This document shows positions 46,851 through 60,983 of a stretch of 64,000 nt of DNA, in pieces; within the stretch, counting starts at the first letter, position 1; each line of letters opens with the position of its first letter. The position numbers and the translations under genes were made by a program. The stretch is taken from assembly GCF_024521635.1 (NCBI RefSeq), contig NW_026250444.1, positions 62,001-126,000 of the forward strand. Direction: 5' to 3'. Origin of the DNA: Tricharina praecox (taxonomy: Eukaryota). The notes beneath the pieces are model-generated. The model had not been told where the DNA came from. It ran no database searches and saw nothing but the letters and a program-made list of their open reading frames with translations.

Positions 46851-47409
46851 GCTCTAGCTGTTGCAACACGGCACTGACGAGAACCCACCCACCACTATCT
46901 ACGGACCGAATGACCCATGACGAGACGCCCGGATCTTTCTGTTCGTTAAAACTACTCGTAACTATCGTCGAGTCGAGTACTTGCAAAATCACCATGCATT
47001 TGAGCCCTCATCCCACACCTATCGCCCGCCAGCCAGCCACCCTGAGGCCTGGGCGAAGGGAAACGATTCACCACGCACCACGCAACACGTAGCAAAGTTG
47101 AAAGTACCGTTAATTCGTACTACGTAAAGCCAAATCGCACATCAACTGCAAGACAAGACAAGAAAAGAAGACATGACAAGACAGGAAAGACAAGAAAGAC
47201 AAGAAAGACAAAACAGACAAGACAAGACATCAAACTAAGATGACTACTAGACCAGTGAACAAAACAAAACTCCACAAAAAAACCCCAATCCGTAGCGAAC
47301 ACAGACACAACTCAAATCAATTCATGTAATGGCGGAAAAAAACAAAAAGATATACGTGTGAAAAAGCAGCAAAAAAAAACAAGACAAGCTTTACTACTAA
47401 CCCCCCCAA

Positions 47410-50400
47410 TCACATACCGCCCATCTCGACTTCACCACTCTTCGCCTTCTTAGTGGTCCGAGCAGCATCCTCGAGATCCTCGACTTCGACGCTGCCGCGC
47501 TTCTTGCGAGCATTATCGCCCCGCAGGAACGACTCCCACTCTTTTTGCTTCTCTTCCACCTCCTCGGGCTTGGTATCCTTCATCCATCCCAGCGTGCCCA
47601 GCGTCTTCTTCCACATGCCCTTCCTCCTCTCCATCGTGCCCGGGGGAACGGAGGCCCAGCTCTTGGGGTCCTTGACAACGAGATCCTCGGTGCCCGGCAT
47701 GAAGAAGAGCCGGTATGTGTTGACACAGATGCGGACTTCCATATTTTCGCGGACTTTGCTCTTGCCGGGATCGGTGGTGAGGTCCTTTTCCTGTGGGAAG
47801 CCGCGGCGCAGGAAAACCCTGCTGCAGCGGTCGAGAGGGATGCCTTCGGTCGGCGAGGTCAACATGAAGGTGGATATGTAGTACTGCCAGCTCTCGTCTC
47901 GGTCGAGCTCCGAGGTGACAGTTGGGGAGCCACGGGGGACAAGGCGGATAGTCGCCTTTTGCTCAATCTCGTGCTATATCCAGTCAGTTCTCATCCAAAC
48001 ATCGCGAACGAGAGAGAGAGAGAGAGTGCACAAACCCAATCGATCCTGTAAAGATCATCCGTCTGCCCAAGAATACCCTCAACGGCTCTGCGGTACGCAA
48101 TGAGCTCTCTGTACTCACCACCCTCCTTCTCGTACGCACGATTATCACGATCCTTCTGGAAGCGTAGGACGATGTCGGCTGTCTTCTCCTTCTCGGTATT
48201 CTTCTCCTTGCCGTCGCTAGGCACGATGCTCTGAATAAACTTGAGGATCGAGTTGCACGTCTTCTCGATCGTGAACAGCTTCCATCCCTGCTGGACATTG
48301 ACGCTCCGGAGCGTCTCCTCAAAGCCGGCAGTGTCGAGCTCACCTTCAAGAACCTTCTCGCACATGTCCAGTATCTGGCTGTAGTAGTTCGCCGTCGGGG
48401 AGGTATCCGAGAAGATGTCCTCAACGCGATGCGTCATGATGTTGATCTCGCGTGCAACCTTGACCGTCTTTCGCCTCTCGATGTCGGCACGGATCTGTTC
48501 TTCGGTAGCCTTGACAGCCGCCAGCCGGCCGTAGAGGATCTGGAAGGCACGGAAGAAGCTGTATATCGTGCTGTTGCAGAAGAGGGTAAACACGGTCCTC
48601 TTCTGGAACTGCCGATCGTCGTGCTCGGCGGGGCTCATCGGGAAGTTGGGCTTCACCCCGGAGAGGTGCTTGGTTGGCCTGGCTATCCAATTTCCTTCCT
48701 CCTTGACGGGCCGGTCGGATGAGTACGGCGACGTCATCTCGACATCTCCGTCATGCGGTTCCTGCGAAGAGTCGCGGCTGTTGGTAAGCGACGTGGCAGA
48801 TTCGTCTTTGTCCTTCCTCGTGTTCTTGCCCTTGCCACGCTTGAGAACGTCCCGGAGCAGATCATTGGTGTCGGACTTAGCGCCGCGACGACTGCCCCTG
48901 TGGTTCGCCGATTCGGGGTCGCCCTCGTCGTCTGGCGTCTTACGCGAGATCGAGTTGACGGTATCCTCGACGTCTCTGGAGTTGATGCCAAAGAATAGCG
49001 GAATGAAGCTCTTGATGAAGCCATCGATCTTCTCCCTGTCGCTGATCGAGAAACCAGTACCGTTCTCGAGAGCCACCGCCAGGAGACGGCTAACGTCAAG
49101 GATGATGTTGGTGTCCTTGAAATCGTACGCAAACTGGTACTCCGGAGCCGGCGTGGTGGGGTAAAGCCGACGGGCCATCTGCTCTTCGCGCTTCGCCGAG
49201 ATCTCGCCCACGAGCGTCTTGAGCTGGAACTGTTTTTTGTCATTCTGTTTGATCGAGATGCCCTGATGATCGAGCGACTTCCAAAAGACTCTAGCTGTCT
49301 GGTCACGCCAGACCTTCTGCCACTCGCGCTGTGCCGCCTTCCACTCCTCATCCTTCTTCTTCAGGCGGCTCAAAACCAAAGTGACGGCGCGGACGGGATC
49401 ATTATGCAGCGCCTCGATAACCTCAAGACCCGCTTCGCGTCCCCAGACTTTCTTAATGACACGCTGGTAGATCGTCTTGCTCTGACCGCCGAGGCCAGGA
49501 GCCAGGCGGAAATTTGCCTTCTCGTCCGCATTCATGGTTGCTATCCGCGACGCAATGGGTTCCAGAAGCTGAATCGTCCGAAGATTCGCCTCAACGTTGA
49601 AGTCGTAATCATGTCGTTCCTCCTCGATCCGGTGGAGAATGTCTTCAAACTGGTTCTTCTTGTGAGCCACGAAGCCAGAATCTTCACTGGCCCACGTTGG
49701 ATGCGACGCCCACTTGTCATTGAGCACTTCATTGCACGTCTCATCCCGTCCGGAACATAGCTTCTGGGCCTCCTGCAACAAATCGATTAGCACCTAGCCA
49801 TTTTCTCGGGAGGGATATATATACTAGTTTAGGAAGAAGCCGATAACTCGGACCTAGAGCTCTACACACGCTCAAACGAACCTTATTCATTAGTTGCGGC
49901 GTGTTTTGGATTTCCTCAGAGACACCGTCCCACTGAATGAATCTCTTAAACCATTCCAGGAGCTCCTTGTTTCCACCGATAAAGTTGCGAACTTTGTCGT
50001 ACAGGACAGATTTGTCCATCAGGCCTTGCGAGAAAAGATTGAGTAGTTTCAGGAACTCATTGTACGTCTGCTTATTGCCAATGAACTTCTTGACTCTGTC
50101 GAAGAACGCCAACTCTTCAGTAGTCGCCATTGCCTGCTGTGGCGAAGCCATCGGTTCCGGTTGAAAAGGCGTAAGAGTAGGCGAGACGCTCGCAATCTGC
50201 TGCTCGAGAGTTGGCTTGGGGTGTGCTGCTTTGTGTCGCTGTTCTGTGTCAGTAAACGGTTTTGGGAGTGTAGAGAAGGATGGGTGGTGTGTGACGAGTG
50301 CTGATGATCCAAACTTGTTCCGTTGTTCGTGTACAACCGCGAACGGCACCACAGCAATCACGGCTACACGTCCACGACAGCCATCCTACCCACCATACGC

Positions 50401-53129
50401 AACGAGGATGGGGACTGCGAGCCTACCTTATTTGCGGCTCTACCGACACCAACGACAGTCTCTACCTTTTGGTCAACTGGCGGTTGCGGAACCTGCCCAC
50501 CACGCTTCTTTCCCTTCTCCTTTGCAACCGATGGTGGGGGAGGAAACGTTCCGAGGGCAGGAATCCTCGCAGAACCAGCAGCAGTCGGCGGCGCACCGCC
50601 CATCGCACCAGAACCGGCAGCAGCCTCTTCAGCAGCCGCCTTGGCAGCCGCCGCCGCACGCGCCTGGGCGGCACTCTCAGGTAGGAACTGTTTGAAGTCC
50701 TCCAAAAGATCGGGAGCCTCCCGGAATAGTTGGGTCACTTGCGAGTATACATCCTGGATGGGTTTGCTCTCCCGCTGATACGTCTGCAGGATCTCGAGAA
50801 AGTTCTTATAGATCTCCGGTTGGTGCGCGAAGCGGTTCTAATCACCAGGTTAATCTCCTCGATGCACCAAACACGTACTCTGATGGTATGCATGAATTAC
50901 CTTGATCTTGTTCACGTAACTAATCGCATGGTTGAACTCGACCGGCCCCTTGCCTCTCTCGCCGACGCCAGGTGTATTCGGACCAGAAGCTGTAGCCATC
51001 GCAGAAGGACCCTTCGAGCCAGCTCCATTGGTATGAGCAGCTGCGGTCTGCAATTGACTGACACCCTGCTGCACAGTCTGCTGGAGTTGCTGCGCTTGCT
51101 GCTGTGCTGCCTGTTGCTGCTGCTGTTGCGCCACCGCTTGCTGCTGCTGTTGATTCTGCTGCTGCTGTTGTTGCTGCTGTTGTTGCTGTTGCTGCTGCTG
51201 CTGTTGCTGCTGCTGTTGCTGCTGCTGTTGCTGCTGCTGCTGTTGCTGCTGCTGTTGCTGCTGCTGTTGCTGCTGCTGTTGCTGTTGCTGAGCATGTTGT
51301 TGGGTCTGGGCCTGGGCTTGAGCATGCTGGGCTTGAGCATGGGCGATTTGTTGATGTCTTGCGATTTCCATCGCGTCCTGTTGTCCCTGGGCTTGCTGAC
51401 TGGTAGAAGAAGCGTATGGTCCGTACATTCCCTCAACACTGTTTCCCCAACGACTGCCCTGCTGCTCGTAGAAGCGCGAAGGGGGCTGTCCAGGTGCAGG
51501 GGCCGAGGCCATGGACATAGATTGGGCGAGCGGGATTCCAGTGTTGCCAGTGATGGATACGTTGTCACCAGAAGAAGCATGGTGGATACCAGAAGGAGTG
51601 GTGACTGTGATCTTAGTGTCTCTCGGATCCTGGGAGCACTCAATTCTATAACCCGGAGGAAGGAAAGTGTTGAAGCCCTGAATCAAGCCTGGATGCCCTG
51701 AGAATAGTGTGGACACACGTTCGATCACCCCCGGTGTGTCAATGCTGAGACCCAAATATGTCAGTCGCAAAACGTGGGATGTCAAGGAGCAGACACCACT
51801 CACGCCTGACTCTTGAAGTCCTTCATGATGTCCAGGAACTTGTTATACACATCGGGCTGATCTTGGAACTGGTACTTAACCTGATCAAGGTACGATAATG
51901 CATCCTGCGGAACCAATGTTGTGAGTATACACAACCACCAGAAGCCGATAAGGGTTACAGGGACTCGCAGAAGGATATCAAGGTGGGGGAAGACCACACG
52001 CGAACCCGCATATAGCAGGGCTTGCAACTGATGCGGGCCAGCTAGCATGGAAGTTTCCATCTGCTCAAAGCAACGAGACAGACGCCGCCAACACTAACAC
52101 CACCACCACCGAACATTACGCGGGGTTCACGGGAAGTGTAATAAAGCAAGGGGATCATCTCGGACTTAAAAACAATATGGTGGCCTACATTTAAAATGGG
52201 CCCGCCCGGCCCATTTCCAGCTGGGCCCTGCGCACCCGCAGGCGGCGGCGGTCCAGCAGCGACAGCGACAACAGCCGCATGTGCGGACCCAGGAGTGACA
52301 GTAGTGACCGTATGCATATGCCCATTCTGACTTCCGCCCGAAACACCTGGTGGCGGTTGAGTCTGAGCAGCTGTAGCTGACTGAGACTGTTGAGGTGGAG
52401 GCAATGGCGGACCCTGTCCCGTGACCATGCCCGTGATCTGTGCTACCTGCGATGTTAACGATGGGCTAGCCTGGGTGTGCATCCCTCCCATGCCGGCCGC
52501 GGCGGCCGACGAAGTCATCTGTGGACTGCTCTGCATTCCCGGATGGGCGATAGGCTGTGCTTGGGGTGGCTCTCTCTGCTGCTGCTGTTGTTGCTGTTGT
52601 TGCTGTGAAGGTTGTGGTAGTGGCGGCCCTGGCGCCCCAGCGCCGAGGGAGGGAAGCGAGTACGCGGGGTGGCTCGCGGCCGAGAGCGTCGGGAGCGGAA
52701 GGGGATGACCGTGCGACGGAGGCTGGTTGTAGAAAGCTACACGCATTCACGAACGATCAGTGTCCCAATCCCTCATCCACCGCGAACGATCAAAACTTAC
52801 AAGCACCCGCCCCAATATCCCTCGGAGGCGGTAGCACTGGTGGCTGTTGCGAGCTGGTTCTTCACGGACACACACGTCAGCGCCCAAACCACCTGTATCT
52901 CGCGTGCTGGCACTTACTGGTACGCGGGCCTGTGTGGGGGTAAGCTCTGAGGCGGTGGCCCTTGAGGATTTGACTGTTGTTGAGGGGGAGGAGGCTGCGA
53001 CTGGTCAGCCGGCGGCTGCTGCTGCTGCTGCTGCGCGGGTTGTGTCGGTGGATGCGATGCAGGATGCGATGGAGGATGCGATGGAGGGTGCGATGGAGGA
53101 TGCCAGTTATCTTTGGCCGGGCCAGACAT
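47410..53129 (-). CDS. SIN3: Sin3 corepressor (Rpd3 HDAC scaffold), multi-exon; the 5' exons are approximate
   Basis: PAH1 ([40 protein letters not shown]), PAH2 ([25 protein letters not shown]), PAH3 ([11 protein letters not shown]), HID ([28 protein letters not shown]) and C-terminal Sin3 domain, joined by GT-AG introns. Confidence 0.95.
51156..51290 (-). repeat. CAG/CAA repeat encoding 45 consecutive Gln in Sin3
   Basis: 135 nt of mixed CAG/CAA codons between PAH1 and PAH2. Confidence 0.95.
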
Positions 53130-54226
53130 ATTGGCGGTATGTGGATGCGTGGGTGCTCGGCGAAAGGGCGGGCGAGACGTCTATTTCGCGTGTCAACCTA
53201 CACGACAGCGTCGCGCTTCGTCGCTCGAAGGGCGAACTGAATCGATCAATAGAACAGCAGGACAACAGTGGATATTTGGATGTAGAGTTGGCAGCAAGCG
53301 GGAAACGAACGGACGAGAGGAGGTGGGGGCAGGTGTGGTGGGCGGTGGGTAGGGGCTGTACGGGAAGAGTGATGTGGTTTGGGGAAGAGGCTCTCTGGGC
53401 TCTGCTCTTATGTTCGCTCTCATTTACTGGCGACGCCCCAGACTCCGACCTCTAGGAAGGGCGCTTTGCCTGAATGGGGACTAGCACAGGGGAGCCGCAC
53501 GGAGCCGCATAAACAATGCCTTGTTTATCGGCCCGAGACATGCAACGTCACTCGCCCGATATCGGCAGACCGGAGGACACTCTTATCCGCTATTCTATAG
53601 TAGACGCGCCGCATGCAACAATATGTTGATGTTCTCTCCTCCATCCTAGAGAAGTGTAGACAGAGAACAGAGAAAATGTACCTATACCATGATAGCAATA
53701 GCAGCTTGGAGGAAAGCTGGGCTGTTATGCGGAGATGGCTGGCCCGGTAACGCCCGTCAAGACGCTCCCCATCAGTCGGAGCCGGGACAGGAGCGAAATG
53801 ATCGGTTCTATATATATGGCCAACCTACTAAAGTATTTAAGCCTTGGGCAACGGCAACGGCAATTGAACTCTGTGGTGATTTCTTCTAGTTCTGAACCCG
53901 GCAGTTTTCACTGGATGCATAGAACCTACAGGCAGCTAGTTCACAAGCATTCAATGCTCATTGATACAACCACTCGATCGTATGTATGTGTAAGGAGGTA
54001 TCGACATGTATCCACACTCCAGACCCGCGCCAACAAGAAGACCACAAATGATGCGAAAGCTCGGCCAGAAAGAAACAAAAACAGTACTCAGAAAGTACAA
54101 CGCCATGCCCCCACGGGAAACAGAAACAACAAAGTCAGAGCGAAGGGAAGAACAAACACCATAGTAATGCGCTCCGGCAACAAACGAAGAGAACACCACA
54201 AAACACCAATGAACGAAGGGTATGAT

Positions 54227-57200
54227 CTACTCCGCTGGTCCTTCTCCCAAAATGACTACTGGCTCTTCGCCATCGGTATCCATCTCCCCAGGGAACCTTC
54301 CGGTTCTGTGCCATGTCCGCAGAATCTCCTTGACGTATAGGATCTTCTGCTTCAGGCCGTATTCAGTGGCTAGTGGCTCGCCTCTACGACAGAGGTCGAG
54401 GGCGTCTTCAAGGCTAAAGACATGGAGTTCATTATCCTTCGTGACAATGCGGATGGTTCGTGCAGCCGACGTAAGAATCAACTTTGTGTGATCGATAAAG
54501 TTCAACTGGATGAAAATGTTAGCGGACTGGCCACATCAAAAGGAGGACGAAACCAACCTGAATGGTGCCATCAATGAGACGGAACACGACGCATCGCCGC
54601 AATCGAGCGTAGTGCGTAACCCAGAGTAGAACATTCGAAAGTTGCTCAATAGACGGCTCCCTGACAGACTCCTTCCTATCGCAGCCCCAGTGCTCCGTGA
54701 TGCCGAGACAGTTGTTCATGTAGTTGCTCGTCTTCCTCCAAATCATCATCTTAGCCCTGAGTCCCTTGCTACTGTGGGATCGCTGCTTGATCACCGACAT
54801 CTCCGTCAACAGTCGTCGGAAGATAGTCTCCTTGCCACCACCAAGCGCCGCCTGCACTGGCTCGGCGAGGGAGTGCGTAATCCATTCTACACGCTCCCCT
54901 CCGATCGAGTCGACGACGAGGGATGTGTTGTCGTTGAAAAACGTTGCACAGGTACCATCGGACAACATGTAGGCCATGCCATATTTATTCGTGTAGTCCA
55001 CCCACTTCTTGATGAAGACGGCCCTATTCCTCTCCCCACGGCGGAAAGCACGAACCGCTTCGGTAGTGATGGCGGGCTGCGATGGAAGAGAACGAAGACT
55101 GCCGGATGCAAAGGCGGTAAGGTTGACGATGATTGGAGCGAGCGAAGCTAAGATGGCAGTAGTTGATGTCTGGGCGATGGGTTTCCCCACTCTGGAGGAG
55201 AGGGTGGATCCGAAAGGAATGCCGTCGAATGATTGAGCCGAACCATTGTTCCTCTCTTTCGATGACTCCGCAACTGAGGGTGCACGCATCGATGTGACCG
55301 AGGGGGCGCGCGACAACTGTTGAGGCTCCGGTGCCGGCGCCGGGTCGGCCGTTGGAGCAGATCGGTGATTTTCGACAGGGGCCGATCTCCTAGCCGACCT
55401 CTCCGCCTGTACCGGAGGGGCGGGTCTGGTGGGTATTGGTTCTACCACCGCTGCCCGTTGCTGGGCGGCATGGGATCTAGTCACGCGGCGGGCTGGCGGC
55501 GGCGGCAGGGCGGCAGATTTCGATATCTGAACGCGTGCCATTGCGGATGTAGCCTCTCTAGTGTCAGAGTTAGTTCTTCGCATGGGGGCCTTGTCCATCT
55601 GTCTCGGTCTCGCTAGGGGAACCGGAGCTGAGACCGGGGCCGGTTCATCCTCCTCGTCCTCCTCCTCTTCACTCTCACTCTCCTCGGGTTCCGATTCCTC
55701 CTGAATGGCACCGGGAGCCTTTGTGGCAGCAGCCGCTAGCTCTTCTCGCTGAGGCACAAAGCCAGGTGGTAGGGCACCTCTTAGAGCAGCCAATCGACTC
55801 GGGACGTTCTTAATCAATCCCATATTTCGCATCCGTGCATGACCGTCCCTGGGTGACAGGGCTTCGGGAAGGATATATCCACCGTTTGCCTTGAGCGACT
55901 CTTCCTTCTCCTTCTGTTCCTTCTTCTTCTTTTCGAGCAACTTCCCGATGTCCGCACATTCATTGGATGCAGTGGACATGGCCGACGGAGGTCTCGACAT
56001 TGGCACCGGTTCCACCGGCTTCCCTGGTTTCTCGCCGACAGGTTCGACCGGCGCACCAGTAGAGTCGATTCCGACACCAGCCGCTCTCGCAACCGCATCG
56101 TAATTCCGCTTCCACTCCGCCCTGCTAGCAGTAACGGCAGCAAGATTGTTTCCAGCACTCGGCCAGACAGGCTCCGTGGTGGTAGCCGAAACCGGAATCG
56201 ACTTGGGAAAAAGTCCGGATTTGAAGAACTGGTGATTCGCAATCTCGTCGAGTGAAGGTCGCGCATTAGGGTCGCGGTTGAGTAGAGAATTAACCAGGGC
56301 CTTCGCCGACTGGCTAACCATCACATCTTCTGGCCAGTCGAACTGGTTGGATTTGATTTTCCTGGACGAATGTCAGTCTACACTCGTCCAACACTCTAGC
56401 GCAAATCGGAACAAAGAACTCACTTGTAGATCGAATCCACATCGGTTGACTGGAACGGCGGCTTCCCAACCAGCATTGCATACATAATCACCCCCACCCC
56501 CCATAGGTCGACCTCGAAGCTGTGTCCCTCGCCATTTTTCCCACCATCAAATAGCACCTCTGGCGCAATATAATTTGGCGTTCCACATATGGTCTTCTTT
56601 CTCTCGTTCTCATCCACCAACAATGCCGCCAACCCAAAATCGCCAATCTTGATGTTCATGTTTGCGTCCAGAAATATGTTGCCGAGCTTCAGATCCCGAT
56701 GGATCACCCGTTTCCCGTGCATGTACTTGAGCGCGCCCATCAGCTGCAGTATGAAGAAGCGGGTCTCAGGCTCGGTAAATCGTTTTCGACGACGCAGCAT
56801 GTCCATCAACGACTTGTTATGGCACAGCTCCAGGATCATATAGATGTTGTCGTCGTCCTCGAAGACCTCCACGAACCGGACGACATTCGGGTGTAGCATG
56901 GTCTTATGAACCGATAGCTCTCCAAAGAACTTTTTGCTACTCATCAGCACTCCGCAGTCACCGAGTCATCCACATCCGCCACGGAAACCAACCTTTCCCT
57001 TCATCTTTGTACTCTGCAGACTGCTCTTGGACACCGTCTTGGCCGCAAACAAGGACCCATCTTTATTCTGAACAAGGAAACACCTCGCAAAGCCACCCTC
57101 TCCCAGCTGTCGTCCTCGATCATACTCTCTCAGTCCCTTGAGATCGTGCAGCACTGCCGGCGGAGTAGCGCAAAGGTACTTCTTACGTTCCTTGCGGACC

Positions 57201-57412
57201 CGCGGGGTGACTGGAGCCGCCCGGGATGAGATCGGCTTACGTGCGGGCTTCGAGGCGAGGGGCGCGACCACTTCATAGTCGGATTGTTTCTTGAGGGGCG
57301 AGGCGGGTAGGCGGTTCGTCATGGCCTTGCGGTGGGCTGTAGCTCGGGGTGCCAGGTTGTGGTGGAGGTTGGGCTCCATTGAGGCCAGAGGGGCCGGGCG
57401 GCGGTAGGCCAT
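54227..57412 (-). CDS. CDC5: Polo-like kinase; exons 57412-56993, 56929-56424, 56361-54558, 54505-54227
   Basis: [38 protein letters not shown]; polo boxes [10 protein letters not shown] and [12 protein letters not shown]. The splices keep frame. Confidence 0.95.
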
Positions 57413-58567
57413 GGTAGCGGTACAGGCGATGTCGCAATGCAGCCGCGTGGAGTAGGCAATAAACGACAGGAGAAACTGATCGTATCCGTATCAATAAACC
57501 TGAGAGGGGGAGGAGAGAAAGACGAGTCGGGGGTCGGGAGGAAGGAAGAGGGCGTTCAGTTGGTTGGTTCGAACGGACAGCAACGATCGGTTAGCGCGGT
57601 GAGTGAATGTTGGAGAGCACAAAATAATCGAAATGGAAACAATGGTGTATGAAGCCCTTGCGTTCCTTCGCGTCCTCCTCTTGCAATTCTCACGGCGATA
57701 CTTGTTTGCTCGAGCGTGAGGAGTTGTGTTGTTATGATCAAGACGAATGTGTGTGGGTGTGTTGTACATCGACTCGCAAAGACAAAGCAAGCGGATTAGC
57801 TAGCCGTGTTTGGGAGGCTTGGTTGTCAGGGCAACTGCAGCAGCGGCGTGATTCGAGCCGATGGAGTCGGATTGTGGCGGTGGCTGTTGCTTTCCTGTCC
57901 GTGTGGCTTTGCTGTGGCCAGCCGATGGTGTCGGAATGTGGCGGTGGCTGGTGGGTGTGCCTTGCCGGTGTAGCTTTTCCATGGACCAGGACCACAAAAC
58001 AAACCAGCTGGTCCCGGCCCCGAACCTTCAGTGTCCCCGACTCCCGTGGCATCAACAAACTCGGACGGACTGACCCTCCGCCCGTAAATCTCTTCATCTC
58101 CGTCTCGGCCTGACCACCAGTCAATTGCCCAGTTTTCGCCAACCATGCACTATCAATTTCCGTCACACCATGAAGTCTTCAGCCGAAGTCGGTGGACCCT
58201 GCCCCGCCCCAGGCCCGCACTGCCGCTATGCTCTGCAGATTCCCCAATAACCCTGCGGCTCTGCGCTGTCTTCCCTGGAATGGCGGCTCTTAGAGGCCTA
58301 AACAACCTCTATCTACAGGTCGGCCCGGCATCATCCACCAATTCGTTCTTCTGCAGCCTGCGGGTGTGACTCCTCTCTGTCGTGTCAATTGTACACTCTT
58401 CCCCCGTCCCCTCCTGTCACATCGAACCCCCATGGCCCTCCGCCGCCATTGAGAACTGAAATCGAAACTAATCCGACGATACGAGCTCGAGCTACCCCTC
58501 CGCCCCCCTCCATTGCACCCCGCATCACCACTCTCACCCTCACTCCGGCCACCACAATCCAGAAAAG

Positions 58568-59450
58568 ATGTCAACAACAGCGCTCAAGCTCGGATCGCTC
58601 GTGATCCGCACGCTTGGTACTCCCTCTCCCCCTCCTCCATCTCCACCGCTAATCCCCCGTAGCAAAACCCATAGCGACCCGCATAAAATCGCAAGCGCGC
58701 GACCATCCCCGTTTCCGCAAAGTATGCATCGTACTTGCCCAGCGCCTGCACCAGATCGATATGCGCCTGCGCCTGGGGCTCCTCCGGGACACCTCGGCCA
58801 ACATCGAGAAAGCGGAGAAAGCCGAGGCCCTGCGGCGCCACAACGAGTCCCTACGGAAGATGAAGGAGTCCGAGGCGATCTACCCGGCGGAGACGGGCCA
58901 GGTGCGGAGTGATATCGTGACCGCGGTGCCGAAGCCGGCGGATGGCGCTGCGAAGGAGGCGGGCAAGGTGGCTGCGCCGAGGATCAGGCCGTTGACGGAG
59001 AGTAAGGCGATCGATGCTGGGGCGAACTTCATCTCTGAGTTCTTCCTGTTCAGCGTGGCGGGCACCCTGATCTTTGTCGAGGCGCTGCGGAGTAAGCGGA
59101 AGGAGGCTTCGCGGCGGGATACGGTGCTTGAGCGTCTGGATCTACTCGAGACACGGAAGCGCCAGGACCAGGAGCGGCTCGAGGAGCAGGAGCGCGAGCA
59201 TGAGTTATTGCAGCAGAGGGTGCTCGCACTGGAGGAGCAGTTGTGGAAGGATAAGGGTGGGAAAGGGAAGTTCCCTGGTGCAGATGCGGGTTCCGGGGCG
59301 GTGAGGGCGTGGCAGCCTACCCCGCTGTGGGAGCCGAAGAGTGGGTTGGAAAAGAGTTTTTGGCAGAGGGTTTGGGGCGCGGGTGCGAAGGAGAAGATTA
59401 CCGACGAGGAGGTGGTGCTGACTGCCCATTCGCCTTCCGGGAGTCCATAG
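58568..59450 (+). CDS. OPA3: OPA3-family protein; exons 58568-58616 and 58663-59450
   Basis: LKLGSLVIRTL/AKPIA..ARDHPRFR..IRPLTESKAIDAGANFISEFFLFSVA, then a coiled coil; 46-nt intron GTACTC..GCTAAT..TAG. Confidence 0.9.
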
Positions 59451-60364
59451 TGGGTTTATTTCGGGCGTGTGTGCTTGCGGTTCGCTGTACCATATATCCA
59501 TATTTCGCCGCATCTCCCGAAGCGTGTAGACTACTGTACATATAGCATTCTTACATTCATAACTTACTCACCTATACCTATCAATAATGATTCTCAAAGG
59601 ACACCAGTCAATATTTGAGGCGGATTTCGGGTGCTGAACGCAAGTATTCAGTTCGCAGCAGTCAGCCGGCTGTGAAAGTGTTGGTCTGTGTCATGATCCG
59701 GGTCGGCTGTTGGGCCCTCTCCAGACAGGGCTTGGAATGGCTAGAACCAAAAAGACACCAGATAAAGTTGTGGCCATTGTCATTTCCCTCGCTAACTACC
59801 CTCAAGAGTCAACATTCCAACAGCGACTTGGAATCGGGTCATTGACGGGGCGGTCGGTCCTGTCCAATCCTATCCCAAATGAATGGTAGGTAGTCCGAAC
59901 ACTAATTAGTCGGCAATCTGTATGGTTCGCCTCGCATGGACTCTCGGACTTCGGACTGCCAAACTACTCGGTGTATGTACATCTTGACACCACGGAGCGG
60001 CTTGGAATCCAGTCTCTTGCTGCTGCTGCTGCTGAGAACGTTTCATCATTGAGTATCACTCGCCGCTCGCATAGATTTGTCCTGGTATCTTACGAACGGC
60101 CTTTGTGAAGATCTCTCTCTCTGTCTCTCTCTCGAACGGTCTTTGTACAAGGTAGCTACTGCTGTGGATGTCGAAAGTGGTGGTCTGAACGTCCATCCCC
60201 GATCAGTAGCGAACTGAGGAAGTGTTGGTAGTCAGGATAGAAGTTGGTTTTGTTATAGGTACACTGCCTGTTGACTTTTCTCGTCAGGCGGTGGGAATTC
60301 TCGTTGGTGGCTTCCAGTGCGGGAGAAGGCATCCGAAAACAATGTTGGGGCAGCGGGAAGTATT

Positions 60365-60700
60365 TCAACTGTTTTTGAGGCACTCCCGTGTTTTATATGC
60401 ATACCAATCCTCGCTGCTGGCACTCCAGTTCAGAAGTAGCCGCACTGCAGTCCAATAGCCTTTATTTGCAGCCACGTGCAACGCCGCATGCTCGTGCGTG
60501 TCTTTCACCTCGATACTAGCACCCCGTTCAAGAAGCAGACGGACTGTGTGGTCCCTCTTCCACTGCATGCCGCTAAGTGCAACCGCGTCAACTCGTTGTT
60601 GTTTTTGGCCTCAATTTTGGCGCCCTGGTTCGAAAGCAGCTGGACTGTGGTCTCGTCCACCAATGTACAGCACACCCAAACGACGACGATAACCCCGTCT
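60365..60700 (-). pseudogene. Ankyrin-repeat gene relic
   Basis: TVQLLSNQGAKIEAKNNNELTRLHLAACSG, frameshift, then TVRLLLERGASIEVKDTHEHAALHVAANKGYWTAVRLLL. Confidence 0.75.
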
Positions 60701-60983
60701 ATATGAAAGCACCATTTCTCTCTTTTCGCCCGTAGACAGGAGATCGGTAAAAGAATACATACAGTACATGCCCCCTCCCAATCACAATACTGGCAACAAA
60801 AAATACCTAAAACCTGACCAAACAGGAGGCGCACAAGTTCGAAAGGTGAGAAGTGCAGCAGACCGAGCCCCTAAAATACCGAAAAAATGGCTGTGTAGCA
60901 ACGCCTGAGACGGCGGCGGCGTCGGTTGATGGTCCCCCGCGTTGATTGTCCATACCTGGCGAGAAGCAAATTTAGCTGTACCG

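Noticed and set aside
57413..58567. Forkhead/Mcm1 cell-cycle sites in the polo-OPA3 divergent promoter
   Set aside because: Only partial matches (e.g. ATAAAC); no clear GTAAACA plus Mcm1 pair seen.
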